A DNA stretch of 64,000 nucleotides from Lingula anatina (taxonomy: Eukaryota; Animalia; Brachiopoda), in assembly GCA_051362555.1 (NCBI GenBank), contig CM120647.1, positions 18,204,651 through 18,268,650 of the forward strand, given 5' to 3'. The translations under genes and the position numbers were made by a program. Of this stretch, positions 13,201 through 24,700 are shown one piece after another; positions within the stretch are counted from its first letter, which is position 1; each line of letters opens with the position of its first letter. The notes beneath the pieces are model-generated. The model had not been told where the DNA came from and did no database searches. It saw only the letters and a list, made by a program, of their open reading frames with translations.

Positions 13201-15019
13201 CACAGGTCAGCTCAGAGACATCAGTGATAGCAAAATCAATTTACCGCATGGCTGGCGCAGACTGCATAGGTTCACTGCGCATACAATAATACTTTTGATA
13301 TATTGCCGGTATGTGAGGTGCAGAAACCTAGGTGTCTATGATTTTTATATTAAAAAAAAAACTTTTCAAAGTTCCAGTATATTCTAAAACTCCCTCTGTG
13401 TCTTAATTATTGCAATGATTCCCGAAAATATTCTAGAACTTTCCTTTGTAAGCATATCACGGGTCAGCTAGGAGACATCAGAAATGACAAAATCAATTTT
13501 CTGCATGGTTGGCCCAGACCGCTTAGATGCATTGTATTTTCAAGAGGTTTCTAGCTCACGCAAGCCTTAGCGCATTCAGCTGTATATTCACAAACACGAG
13601 ACGGGTGAGGGCGCACCAAACGCATTCTTCTGCGCATTTCTAGAAAAAAAGGGTTCCAAATTGCCTTTTCAATAAATAAATAATCAAAAACTTTTTCCAA
13701 TAACTCCTGAAATTAAATATAGCTAAAAATAACCATACAAACCCCTCCTTTACGTTTCTTTGCTCGCTATACAATTACATAAGAAATACCTCCTTCCTTA
13801 CGCTTCTTAGCTCGCTATACAATTATATTTATTCTTAAAAAAAAACTCCTACTAGGTTTTATTGAATCATTATTAGAATTTGCTCGTCCCTCATTCACAC
13901 TAAAATGATCGTCATTAAAATTCGCTTGCCTCATTTCTGCTTCAGGGGTCACTAAGAAATTACATTAAAATTATACTGCCCCGTAAAAGGTTCAAGGTTC
14001 ACTAAAAAAAATTACATTGAAAGTATATAGCCCCGTTCCAAAATGCAGGTCGAAAACGACTTACTTATACTACTACCAAGTTTTTTCATGGCCCTTCTGC
14101 GGCCCCGAATCCCAAACCACTGGGGGGTCAGCTATGTATCCCCGGATCCCCTTCAAATTATCCTGGATCCGCCCCTTGTGCGTGTGTCCTATTTGTCATA
14201 ACGTTTTCTTTTTACTTCAAGTTGAAAGTCATATAATCGTAAATGTAAGACTTTTTTATATTTTATTTTCTGTAATAACTAAAATGAAGGTTTGTCAATA
14301 AAAGGCATATTGAATTATTCTACTCTGTTTGTGTAAACCTCTGAACTCCGGTGTTAGTTCTAATACAGTCGTATTTTATTAATGATATAATGGTAAACAA
14401 AATAACATTATTAAACCAATCATGTTAATGATGGAGCAAGTCGTTAATAAAAAAACACACTGTTTGAGTATTTGTTATTTCAGATTCATTTGAAAATAAC
14501 CAACAGCTCGTTTTCAAGGAGTCCACTCATGCTATGAACCTGGAGGCAATACTGACGGTTTACCCAGACGCTCTCTTCATCAATACTTACCGTGATCCCT
14601 GCGAGGCAACGGCATCCAATATGTCTCTCTGTGAGGCCTGTATGATAAGTCTAGGGTATGAGCCAAAGGACATAGATTTAGGACTCATTGGCCAAGATAA
14701 ACTACGATGCCCGCTGGTCAACGGTGGTAATGAGATGGTGAAATTTCGAAAGAGTCACCCAGAAGAAGAACATCGATTTTGCGATGTAGATTACAAAGAT
14801 ATTGTTGGTTCTCCCATGTCTGTAGTGAAGCAAATCTACAAGTTTTTTGGTTTGAGGTTGACATCGGAAGGGGAAGCCAAGATGAGCGCCTATGTCAGAG
14901 AACATCCTCAAAACAAATATGGCCGCCATAAATACGATTTGAAGCGCTATAAGATGACAGAGGAGGAAGTGATGGAATATCTTAAAGAATATGTTGGATT
15001 TTATAAATCACGACAATAA
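415..15019 (+). CDS. Sulfotransferase (Sulfotransfer_3-like), copy 1, 5'-partial. Exons 415-598, 998-1234, 14484-15019; exon 1 lies upstream of the window
   Basis: 5'-PSB motif PIFIIGPARSGTT, 3'-PB motif TYRDP..A..S and C-terminal KYGRHKY. All junctions are GT-AG, and exon sizes 184/237/536 nt match the other three copies. Intron 3 is about 13.2 kb because of the palindromic insertion. Confidence 0.9.
1235..1312. repeat. (GT)n microsatellite beginning at the intron 3 donor
   Basis: Direct observation; equivalent runs begin at 19239, 24379 and 30999. Confidence 0.95.
2019..2690. repeat. Diverged tandem repeat in the left arm (about 260-bp unit twice, plus two shorter partial units); mirrored at about 12860-13530
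   Basis: Recurring GCCA(A/G)CCATGC..(T/A)AAATTGATTT near 2036, 2295, 2555 and 2652; GACACAGAGGGAGTTTTAGAATATACTGGAACT occurs twice. Confidence 0.85.
3460..3957 (-). CDS. 165-aa intronless phage/virus-like protein, probable SLOG (DprA/YpsA-related) fold; left-arm copy
   Basis: Motif order RNWYQVKNSNAVFAVG - VDGGTGWAVQLA - KLVYVFD - FAGVGTR - GKIAI resembles, from recall only, SLOG-like domains in bacteriophage proteins. No database search was run. Confidence 0.6.
   Translation of the reverse strand: MSTILVGPTGVTCIRKVLNKNELNDSNVHLLKANVSLRRRFPTGKSFVDRLLQRNWYQVKNSNAVFAVGKIVGNKMVDGGTGWAVQLAVDSNKLVYVFDSFKNEGTVREEGSCQWYKYDDVRRMFKLYPGVPELTHDFAGVGTRALTDKGKIAIEKVFERTFKCI
4641..5040. repeat. Cluster of about 60-75-bp imperfect repeats (ATATTCCTATTATTTTCCGAATTTCAATAGAACATTCCATAACATAATACT); mirrored at about 10510-10910
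   Basis: At least three full and two partial units are visible. Confidence 0.85.
7710..7837. other. 128-bp asymmetric spacer at the palindrome axis with a 17-bp perfect stem-loop and a 21-bp direct repeat
   Basis: Stem 7791-7807 pairs with 7822-7838, loop 14 nt; TCTTCCTCGTCAGGGGGACCC at 7742-7762 and 7806-7826. Confidence 0.9.
11593..12090 (+). CDS. 165-aa phage/virus-like probable SLOG-fold protein; right-arm copy
   Basis: Translation identical to 3460-3957 on the minus strand. Confidence 0.6.
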   Translation: MSTILVGPTGVTCIRKVLNKNELNDSNVHLLKANVSLRRRFPTGKSFVDRLLQRNWYQVKNSNAVFAVGKIVGNKMVDGGTGWAVQLAVDSNKLVYVFDSFKNEGTVREEGSCQWYKYDDVRRMFKLYPGVPELTHDFAGVGTRALTDKGKIAIEKVFERTFKCI

Positions 15020-15182
15020 TCCTAGATAGGTCCGTGAAGGATGTTCACAGCTCTAGGTAGACTTTAGTTTTGACTTAATCTGTACAATTAAGTAATATCC
15101 AGCTGGCTATATTGCGAATTCGAATTATTGATACCTTTTTTGGGATATATCTCAATGCTTCTTGTATTCAATGGCTTCTTAA

Positions 15183-15185
<3 letters not shown>

Positions 15186-15257
<72 letters not shown>
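15186..15257. repeat. (TA)n microsatellite
   Basis: Direct observation. Confidence 0.95.
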
Positions 15258-15260
<3 letters not shown>

Positions 15261-16443
15261 ATTGAACAGTTAAATTGGTAAAAGGGGAATCTTGAGAACA
15301 TTGAAGATGTGTCATTTTCAACTCCAAAATGACGCGTCCATTTGTCTCCATAGAGTGCACAGGTCATTTACAAAGGTCAAGTTCAATCGCAAAATGCCAT
15401 GAATAAGTACCAGTATATTTGGTATAAGTCCTTTAATTTGTGAGTATTTTCATCATTTTGGAAAGACAATAAGTAGCTTTGAAGAATATTTACCCAGAAA
15501 AACATCATTTAAGATCCTTTTCTAACACTGCTAGCATAGTTTTTAAAATCTGTCTAGTCAAAACAGCATGTAACCGTTGGATACAAATGATCTTCTCAGT
15601 CGTCTTAAAGTTGTTTTTTTTTTTTATTTTTACCATAGCCCTATAAGTAAACTTTGTTAATTCTTACGCATATCCTATAGGTATAGATAGGTAAAGAGCA
15701 AAAAAACTAAATTTTATTTAATGTGTACTGTGTGGGTCAATTTTTGCATAAACACTCAAAACAATCGTAAAGTCTACTTTTCCTAGATGATCTTTTTTCC
15801 AGTTTATGGCGAGGCTGGACAAAAGTTTATCAAGAGATTTGTTAATGACACTACTTTTGAGAAATTCAGCATTTTACACGGTTAGGATGTGCGAGGAGTG
15901 ACTTCTGCTGCATAAGAAAGACAGATATCGGCATAAGGAGATTATACCTGCTATAAATTACCGTTTTAACCACGCCAAACTTTTTCAAATGAAAAAAAAT
16001 TGTGTATTGATTTAGTCGTAGGTAGAAATGACCCAGGAAAATGACCAACGTTGCGAGTTTGAAACTAGCCTTCGCCAAATATTACAATAAAAAGGATAAA
16101 ATAAAGATAATGAAAAAGATTTGAAAATGAATTACTCTTAAATTCAGATGTTATGCATATTTAACACGCATAATAATAGATTTGCAGAGTCACTGCTAGT
16201 TATCCAAAGTATCGATTTTGCTTGGCTTTAACCTATTAACCTAAAAGTTTTATTTAAGATGAGTATGATATTTGAGATGTGTAAGTACACATATATACAT
16301 TTATCGTTATTTTCTGGGTCAAAGGTCAAGATTAGGGTCAAACGTGCTTTCCAGTAATAGGTCAACCACTTCGCAACACACAAAACAGCGTCTTATCAGT
16401 CCGCTTAAATACATTACTCCAGACAAACTTGAGTGTAATCACT

Positions 16444-19400
16444 ATGCCAGATTTTCAAGATCTAAACGCTTTTTGCCTCCCATATTTCCATATATTGCTG
16501 GATTGGGTGTACCGCATCGTGTTTCGAACCAGACTGAGTCCTCTCACGGAGGAAAGTCTGTGGAGAAAATTCACCATAGACGAGAGAAGAGTTATTCTGT
16601 CTGAAGACCTCACTCGTCGATGGTGGTACGAAGGATTTTGTTTAATTTTGAAGTGTTACCGCGAAGACGAAGCGTTATCTGTGGCAGGGAGGAAGGTTGT
16701 TGAAACAAGATGTACCGAAGTTCTTCAAAACAGACTCGCCATATCCAGACGTCTGGCGTCTGTTGACGTATCGAAGGTCAGTATTTAACAGAGTTCATTT
16801 GAAGTCCTTTTAATCGAATGTTTCCCCTTTAGAACAATATTGACAAAAGAATGCACAGTGAGCATCAAAATTTTAAAGGTTGCGTGTTTAATAGCGTGTG
16901 TGTCTACTGCATACTGCACTTACTGGAGGCAGCTCAGCATGCTTTCCACAACAGTTACAGGTCTGTTTTGGGGGATAATGTCCTTTTCTTCCTGAAGAGC
17001 TTCTAGTAGGCGGTTTTCATCCAGAATATGAGGGGGTAGATTCAGTGCATAGTCACGATGAAGCTGGTGGTCACCCCAGAAGGCAGAGGTTCTCCATTCA
17101 TACACATGTTCACCTTTTTTTTTCTTTGTGCTGACCTTCATGCTTGTCCTGTTAGTAAACAACGTCCTTAACACATTAACATCCTATTGTCATACGATGT
17201 CATGAATGAAAATAATCAAACACAAGCCGAAAATCTCTCATACCGTTAGCTCTCATTTTAGCTCACTTAAAATGCCATTTGCATATCAACAAAATAGCAA
17301 ATTTGGGCATTCTGGTGATAAATAGGCCTACAAACCACGTCATTCACTGACCTTTAAATCTCTAACTTAAAGAGAAAAGCAGCGGGGTGACCAGACAAAG
17401 CCTTGTGTGGTACCTACACTACACTCAAAGCAATCCGTCAGACCAGCAGGTATGTGTACTTAGGGTAAAATGTATCCTAACGCTTTTTATATTTTCTCCG
17501 TGTATGCCATAATTAGTTAGCCAATACCACAGTTATGCATTCACTATCTTATCGAAGGCTTTCGAGAAATCTGCGTATAATAGGTATATATAGTACCCCA
17601 CCTCCTTTAGAGAGAGATTTTTCCTTAATAGCATTTACTGTAAATATCTGGTCAAAGGTTGACCGTCGTGTCCTAAATCCACAAACTTCGCTAAAACAAA
17701 TACAAAAGCAACACTGACTTGAATGTCATTTTACTTCATTTTTGAGCAAATTAATAAACGATTGCTTGTAATTTTGGTAAGTATTCTGCTACACGCAATC
17801 AATAGGAATTTTTCTCAATATTTATCCTTCTGTGATATTTGCTTTTGAATGGGACAAAGCACCGCCTCCATCCATCTCTCAGGGTATATATACTCCCAGG
17901 CTAAGATTCTGTTGAACAGCAGAATGTGAAACATAAAAGGTAGTGAGTCCTGATAATACTCTACACTAATACCGTCAGCCCCAGAAACCTTTTTATTTTT
18001 CAATATTTTTACTGCATTGGTTATTTCTACCGTTTCAATTTCGTGCTGCTAATTGTGTATAAACTTGGTGACATAAGTCGATAACTTTTTAATTTTATGG
18101 ACATTTTTCCTCCGTGAAACGTCATATTCAGAGGGGATTAATGCACGTTTTTTTATTTGAGTAAATGACTTTGAATATACATATCTTCACTGGTGAATAT
18201 TCTTTACCGCAGGTCACAATATATATCTATCTGTCCCTTCATCAACTCAGACGCCCTAACTTTCAACCCCCACCCATCAACAACTTATTGTATTTGTAAT
18301 ATCAGAGCTGTTTGACGAAGGCTCAATATATGATGAATCAAAATTTAAAAGGCAGAAAACATGTTTATTTCACAGGAGCCAAAGAAAATAATATTTTAAC
18401 GCCATCATTAATCGTTGCAGTGTCAGATCAAGAAACCCATATTCATCATTGGACCGGCTCGTTCTGGGACGACATTCCTTCTGAATCTACTATACGAGGA
18501 TCCTGGTAACACTTCACCCAGATTTTACGAGACGATGCACCCCGTGGAGGAGGTGACGGTAGAGGGGAAAGAACGAAGACTTATGACCGAACAACGAGCA
18601 TTAGGTATTCTCATTTTCTGTTTTAAATCCAAAAAATGGCTACATAATAAAATAAAGGTAGAGCGCTTTAGCTACTCGTACGTTGCCATCCCATTGTAAA
18701 CTTTAAAGAGATAATTGGCGATTGTATTGTTTTTTTTTCTATCTGTAGTTCTTTAGGCTTAATGTCTAACTATTTTTAAAGATTTCGATTTTTAGGAGGA
18801 ATACTTAGCAAAATGTCCAAGTTAAATCTTTGAATGGGGCTTGTGTCTTTTCTTTTTATCTGCTTCTGTGTTTGATAATAAGGTGGATACATGTACTTAG
18901 TGTGATCATTTACAATATCCGCCTTTTTCCCAAATAAAAAATGCCTTTTCAACCGTACTTAAATGTTAGATTTATATTAAATTCTCTTGTTTTATACATA
19001 GCCGCGGTTTACGAGGAGATGCCGGAAATGAAAGCTCAGCATTACATACACGCTGAAAGAGCGTACGAGTGCTACCATCTGATGGACCAAATGGGGCTCT
19101 TTAAGAACTTCCGGTTTGTCACAGGGAACTTCCAGGAATACGAGACATGGCAAAAAACGCTGACCAAGGAACAAATGGTTGAAGTTTACCGATTCCATAA
19201 ATTGCAAGTGCAACTCATCCTTTTGGCAAGAAGCAAAGGTGTGTGCGTGTGTGTGTGTGTGTGTGTGCGTGTGTGCGTGGGCACGGGTTTGTGTTTCATT
19301 TGTCGTAGGGTATCCTTTCAACTTCAGAACCTCTACTTAAAGATGATTACTGAAACATATGTCTCGCAAAAAAGACGCTGAACTGTCTTAACTGTGAGAA

Positions 19401-20066
19401 ATGCTTTTGTGTAAATCTTTGACATACAGTCTTAGATCTTGCATGCAAAAGGTTAAACGAAATGTAGCAGCATTAAATTCTGATATCTATCAGGCTTATT
19501 ATAGAGCCAATTTAATATGTGTATTTCTAGATTCCCTGGAAAATAACCAACAGCTCGTTTTCAAGGAGTCCACGCATGCTATGAACCTGGAGGCAATACT
19601 AAAGGTTTACCCGGACGCCCTCTTCATCAATACTTACCGTGACCCCTGCGAGGCAACGGCGTCTGTAAGCTCTTTATGTGAGAACTTAATGATAAGTCTA
19701 GGATTTAAACCAAAAGACATAGATTTAGGACTCATTGGCCAAGATATGCTTCGATCCCCGCTGATCAACGGTGGAAATGAGATGGTGAAATTTCGAAAGA
19801 GTCGCCCTGAAGAAGAGCATCGATTTTGCGATATTGATTACAAAGATATTGTTGCTTCCCCCATGTCTGTAGTGCGTCAAATCTACAAGTTTTTTGGTTT
19901 GAGGTTGACATCGGAAGCGGAAGCCAAGATGAGTGCATACGTCAAGGAACATCCGCAAAACAAATATGGCCGCCATAAGTACGATTTGAAGCGATATAAG
20001 CTGACAGAAGAGGAAGTGATGGAACATCTTAAAGATTATGTCGAATTCTATAAATCACGACGTTGA
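16444..20066 (+). CDS. Sulfotransferase copy 2, complete, 429 aa. Exons 16444-16776, 18421-18604, 19002-19238, 19531-20066
   Basis: Open spliced frame of 333+184+237+536 nt with GT-AG junctions; GPARSGTT and YRDP motifs. Confidence 0.92.
17815..18030 (-). mobile_element. Degenerate LINE reverse-transcriptase fragment in intron 1 of copy 2
   Basis: KNKKVSGADGISVEYY...LFNRIL...YPERWMEAVLCPIQK matches the region just upstream of non-LTR RT domains. Confidence 0.75.
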
Positions 20067-20686
20067 GTGCCAATCGGTCATCGTGGAATATTCTAGTTAT
20101 TTAGTCTTTGTTTTTCGCGTTAGCTGTACTATAAAGCAATGCGCATTTGCGTGCACTATGTAATAGTTTAGAAAGTTGACACTTTTTGCTTTTTTCGACT
20201 ATTAAAGCCTTTTTTCATGTTCTTTGAAAACTTTTTTCCTCATACAATTTTATGCTGCTTTTTTTTAATTGGTTGTGTTTGATTGACCTAATTATAATGT
20301 TAGGTATTTAATTTTGCATATGGATAAAACAGGGCAACTTGGAAACATTGAAGAGATATCTTGGATATTGTTTGCAGGCCATTTGGGATCATTTATATAC
20401 GTCAAGGTCTTTTAAATAGGGGTCATTTATATATAGAATATGACAAGGGTAAACTGACGATATTAAGAAATAAGTTTTGAATATCAAATTAGCTCACTTC
20501 AGTTTTGTTAAAACGCTACCTCTATGGCTTTGTGGGTTTTAATTTATTCTAAATCATCAATTCATATCTTTTACTGTAATTTACTTCGAGTAAAAAGGAC
20601 TACCTCCTTCATTTAAATCGCTGCATGAATTGGACCGTCGGTGTGCTTTGATTCGATGTCTTATACCATTTTCAATTTTGATATTT

Positions 20687-20995
20687 GAATTTTATAAATC
20701 TCGACAATAATCCTAGATCGGTTCGTAAAGGATGTCCACAGGTCTAGATAGACTTTATTTTGACTTTATCTGTACAATTAAAAAATGTCCAGTTTTTTAA
20801 GTTGGCTTTTTTGCACTTTCGAATTACTGATCCCCTTTTTGGGATTCCCGTTAGAATCTTTGAAATGTTTTCATTATGTATTTTGATATATCACAATGCT
20901 TCTTGTATTCAATGGCTAGTTAATATACATATATACATATGAAGATTCAATGAAACCGGTCGGGCAAAATAACTGCTGTTCTTTATTTCTTTTTA

Positions 20996-21036
<41 letters not shown>

Positions 21037-21210
21037 CAATTGAACAGTTAATAATAATAGGTATTTAATTAAACATATTGATAAAAGGGGAGACTTGAGA
21101 ACATTGAAGATGTGTCATTTTCAACTCCAAAATGACACGTCCATTTGTCTGCATAGAGTGCACAGGTCATTTACAAAGGTTAAGTTCAATCGCAAAATGA
21201 CATGAATAAA
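20687..21210 (+). pseudogene. Orphan 3' end (last codons, stop and downstream sequence) of a copy-1-like sulfotransferase
   Basis: GAATTTTATAAATCTCGACAATAATCCTAGAT... aligns with 14996-15100, and about 21036-21210 aligns with about 15258-15405. Confidence 0.75.
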
Positions 21211-21765
21211 TTTTTTTAAACATCATTTCAGCTAACTTAAGTTCCACTTATTAAGGCATTCTAAAAGTAACCTTGTGGTTGCAATTTCCCACAAGAAAGA
21301 AATTACATTCGAATCATTGCTCGACCTGTACCCTCACTTTATACAATTTACACTTTGTATTTTGATTTGATTCAATTTAATTATTTAGAAAAATTGATAT
21401 TGACCTCCGGTAAAATAAAAAAGAAAAAGAAAAGAAAAAGAAGAGAAAGCGAAAGAATGAGCACGTTTCTCATCGGATGTTTAAAATGATATATTTACCG
21501 ACAGTCACTATAAGTAAGCCAAATAATCAACTATACCTGTCCTTAGCCTAAAAACCCACACAAATTATTCATGAGAAATTTAAGATGATAGACATATGTA
21601 CTTACGACCTTTATCTAGGGTAAACAGATCAGACAGAGTCAGACAGATCAGACAGATCGCAGACGGTCAAATGGTGCTATCTATTCATAGGTCAATAGCT
21701 TCACGACGCATCCAAGGTTACCACACATAAATTGTCAGACAGAATTCAGTGTATTTAATAATAAT

Positions 21766-24700
21766 ATGCCAGGTTTTCAAGATATATATGCGTTTTGCCT
21801 CCCATATTTCCATATTTTGCTGGACTGGGTGTACCGGGTTGTGTTTCGGACCAGACTGAGTCCTCTCACGGAGGAAAGTCTGTGGAGAAAATTCACCGTC
21901 GAGGAGCGAAGGGTTATTCTGTCAGAAGACCTCACTCGTCGATGGTGGTACGAGGGATTTTGTATTCTTTTGAAGTGTTACCGCGAAGACAAAGCGTTGT
22001 CTGTGGCAGGGAGAAAGGTTGTTGAAACAAGATGGACCGAAGTTCTTCAAAACAGACTTGCCATATCCAGACGTCTGGCATCTGTTGACATATCAAAGGT
22101 CTGTGTTTTACAATATTCGTGATCTAAGGCCCCATTCAGAGCGAGAAGAGCCGAGTGCTAGCCAGGTCGCGACTTAAATATGGCGGACCTACATGAAAGT
22201 AAGGCCGCTTAATCCTGTAATGGTCTCTCCGCCTCTCACATGCCTCCTGTCGCGTCGTCCCTGCAGGGGCACAGTAATTAAATCTCGAGATTCGACGCGA
22301 GGGGAGGCGTTTGAGAGGCGGAGAGACCATTAAAGGATTAAGCGGTCTTCTTTTCATGTAGGTCCGCCATATTTAGATTGCGGCCTAGCTAGCACTCGGC
22401 TCTTCTCGATCTGAATGGTCCCTATGCCTGGGTTCCCATCTCTTGATCGATCTAACAGGATCAGTCCATCTCCACGTGCACGGGGTCCCTCGCCAAGTTG
22501 CTTTCAGCTCATGTGGCTTATATGTCTGGGACGCCCACTAAAGCCTCAAAACGATAGTTAATTACCCCTATTAGCTTCAGAAGGCATGACAGACATCCAA
22601 GCCGCTCAAGTTAATTGCAATTAAGCGAGAATCCCCCTGGAGATAGTTTAACCCAAAGTTAGTACGATAGAGTCTGGGAATGGTCTCTTAGTTCAACATT
22701 TTTATTCGCCTTGTATTAATCCCCAATCGGGGGTACGTCGAGTAGGTAGACGGTAGGTGTTAAGACAGGAAGTACGCTAAAAATTATGTCTGGCAGGGGA
22801 CGCAGTCCCGCTGATTACGTGAATCGCACTTGGTGCCATACATTTTTGTAACAGGGTACTATAGCGCACCCTGTGGTCTGACAGCAACTCAAGTCAAGAT
22901 TGCGAGTGGGAGTGGGATGTGAGTGCGGCCCTGCACAGACAATGTTACTTAAAGAAATAACAACTCTTCGTATGAGATCCATATTCCACAATAAATGCGT
23001 TGTAAACAACAGACAGAAATATGACAGATTTCATTTTACCACCAAATAATGGTTATGGTAAATATTTTGGTAGCTGTTTTTGCCATCAGACCACGTAGAC
23101 ATTCACAGATGATTATACCTTCGTTATCATCTCTTAAGATATTAATACAAATACAAAATTTTAAGAAAACATGGACTTACTGTATATATGGTAAATTATC
23201 AAGATATTTTGGTGAAGGGTCGAAATATCATGCGTAATAATAAGATTCACCTCCACAATTAATCTCTTTCGAGTCGATTTACTACTGTTATTGATCCTTA
23301 TACACAAGACGCAGCGAAAAAGGTCTTGACGTGAAATCTTTTATCATTGAACAGTGTCAGATCAAGAAACCCATATTCATCATTGGACCGTGTCGCTCTG
23401 GGACAACTTTCCTTCTAAATCTTCTGTACCAGGATCCGAGTAATACGTCACCCAGATATTACGAGACGATGCACCCTGTGGAAGAAATTATCGTAGGAGG
23501 CAAGGAACAGAGACTTCTGACCGAACAACGAGCGTTAGGTATTCCCATCTTCTTTGTCTAAAATGTAGAAAACAAAAATAAGCTGGCCACAAAATGAAAG
23601 GAATGTTAATGTGTTAGCTATGAAGGTTCGCCATTTTGGATACATTTGGCGAAATGTCCAATTTGAAGGTTAAGCAAATACTTTTCTTATGATGCTTTGA
23701 CAACTATTTTTTATATTTTATAAATCACCACTACTAAAATACCTGAAAAATGAAAACTGGAACTATACAACGGGTTCATAGCTCGTAATTCTGTGAATGG
23801 CTTTACATAATTGCCTTGGTAATTAGGTTGAAATTTCCAGGAAATTATACTTTAGAACACAAAATGTTAACACTCATGAAGTGTAAACAAAACAATGTAT
23901 TCACTGATGGCTCAGTAAGATATTGCTCTCCCTTCATCGGCACGAATGGAATTCGCCTAATCATCTTTTAAAATGAGACTTCTGTATATCCTTTTCCTAT
24001 CTCCAGGATTTAAAAGCAAAGTGCATATATCTGCCAAGAATCCAAGAATTCTCACTTACAACATTTGCCTACACCCCCCCCCCCCTCGCAAAAAAAAATC
24101 GCTAACAATTGACTTCTATCACCCCTTCTTGTTTTATATAGCCACGGTTTACAAGGAGATGCCTGAAATGAAAACTAAGCATTACATACACGCTGACATG
24201 GCGTACGAGTGGTACCATCTGATGGACCAAATGGGGCTCTTTAAGAGCTTCCGGTTTTTCACAGGGAACTTCCAGGAATACGAGGAATGGCGAAAAACGC
24301 TGACCAAGGACCAAATGGTGGAAATTTACCGATTCCATAAATTACAAATGCAACTCATCCTTTTGGGAAGAAGCGGAGGTGTGTGTGAGCGTGTGAGTGT
24401 GTGCATGCCTGCCTGTGTGTGTGTGTATGTGTGTGTGTGTGTGTGTGTGTTTGCGTGTTCTATTTGTCGTAAAATATATATTTAACTTCAAAATCTTCCA
24501 ATCTCTACTAACAGATTTTTTAATTTCCATGACTGCTGAATCATATGTCTAACAAAAAAAGACGCTGAACTGTGTCTTAACTGTGCTAAATGCTTTTGTG
24601 TAAACCTTTGAAATGCAGTCTTAGATCGTTAACAACCGTATGCATGCATACCTGTGAATGCAAAATGTTAAACAAAATAGCAATGCAATGCTAATGTTTG

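Larger units (their letters stand above)
1475..14074. mobile_element. 12.6-kb palindromic non-autonomous element with Polinton/Maverick-like ends (arms 1475-7709 and 7838-14074)
   Basis: ORF pairs mirror with coordinate sum 15550 and almost all have identical translations. Termini AGTAGTATAAG...CTTATACTACT; 6-bp TSD ACCAAG at 1469-1474 and 14075-14080. The palindrome is directly seen; the Polinton assignment rests on termini and TSD length only. Confidence 0.85.
1330..14177. mobile_element. About 240-bp MITE (CAGTGGCGGAT...ATCCGCCCCTT) split by the giant palindrome; halves 1330-1474 and 14081-14177
   Basis: Short imperfect TIRs and a 5-bp direct repeat GTGCG at 1325-1329 and 14178-14182. An uninterrupted relative lies at about 40590-40825. 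Confidence 0.8.

Noticed and set aside
1475-14074. Palindrome as a pure assembly or fold-back read artefact
   Set aside because: Disfavoured but not excluded: the flanks are not inverted, they rejoin into one MITE and intron, and there is an exact 6-bp TSD at symmetric termini. Arm identity could still be inflated by polishing.
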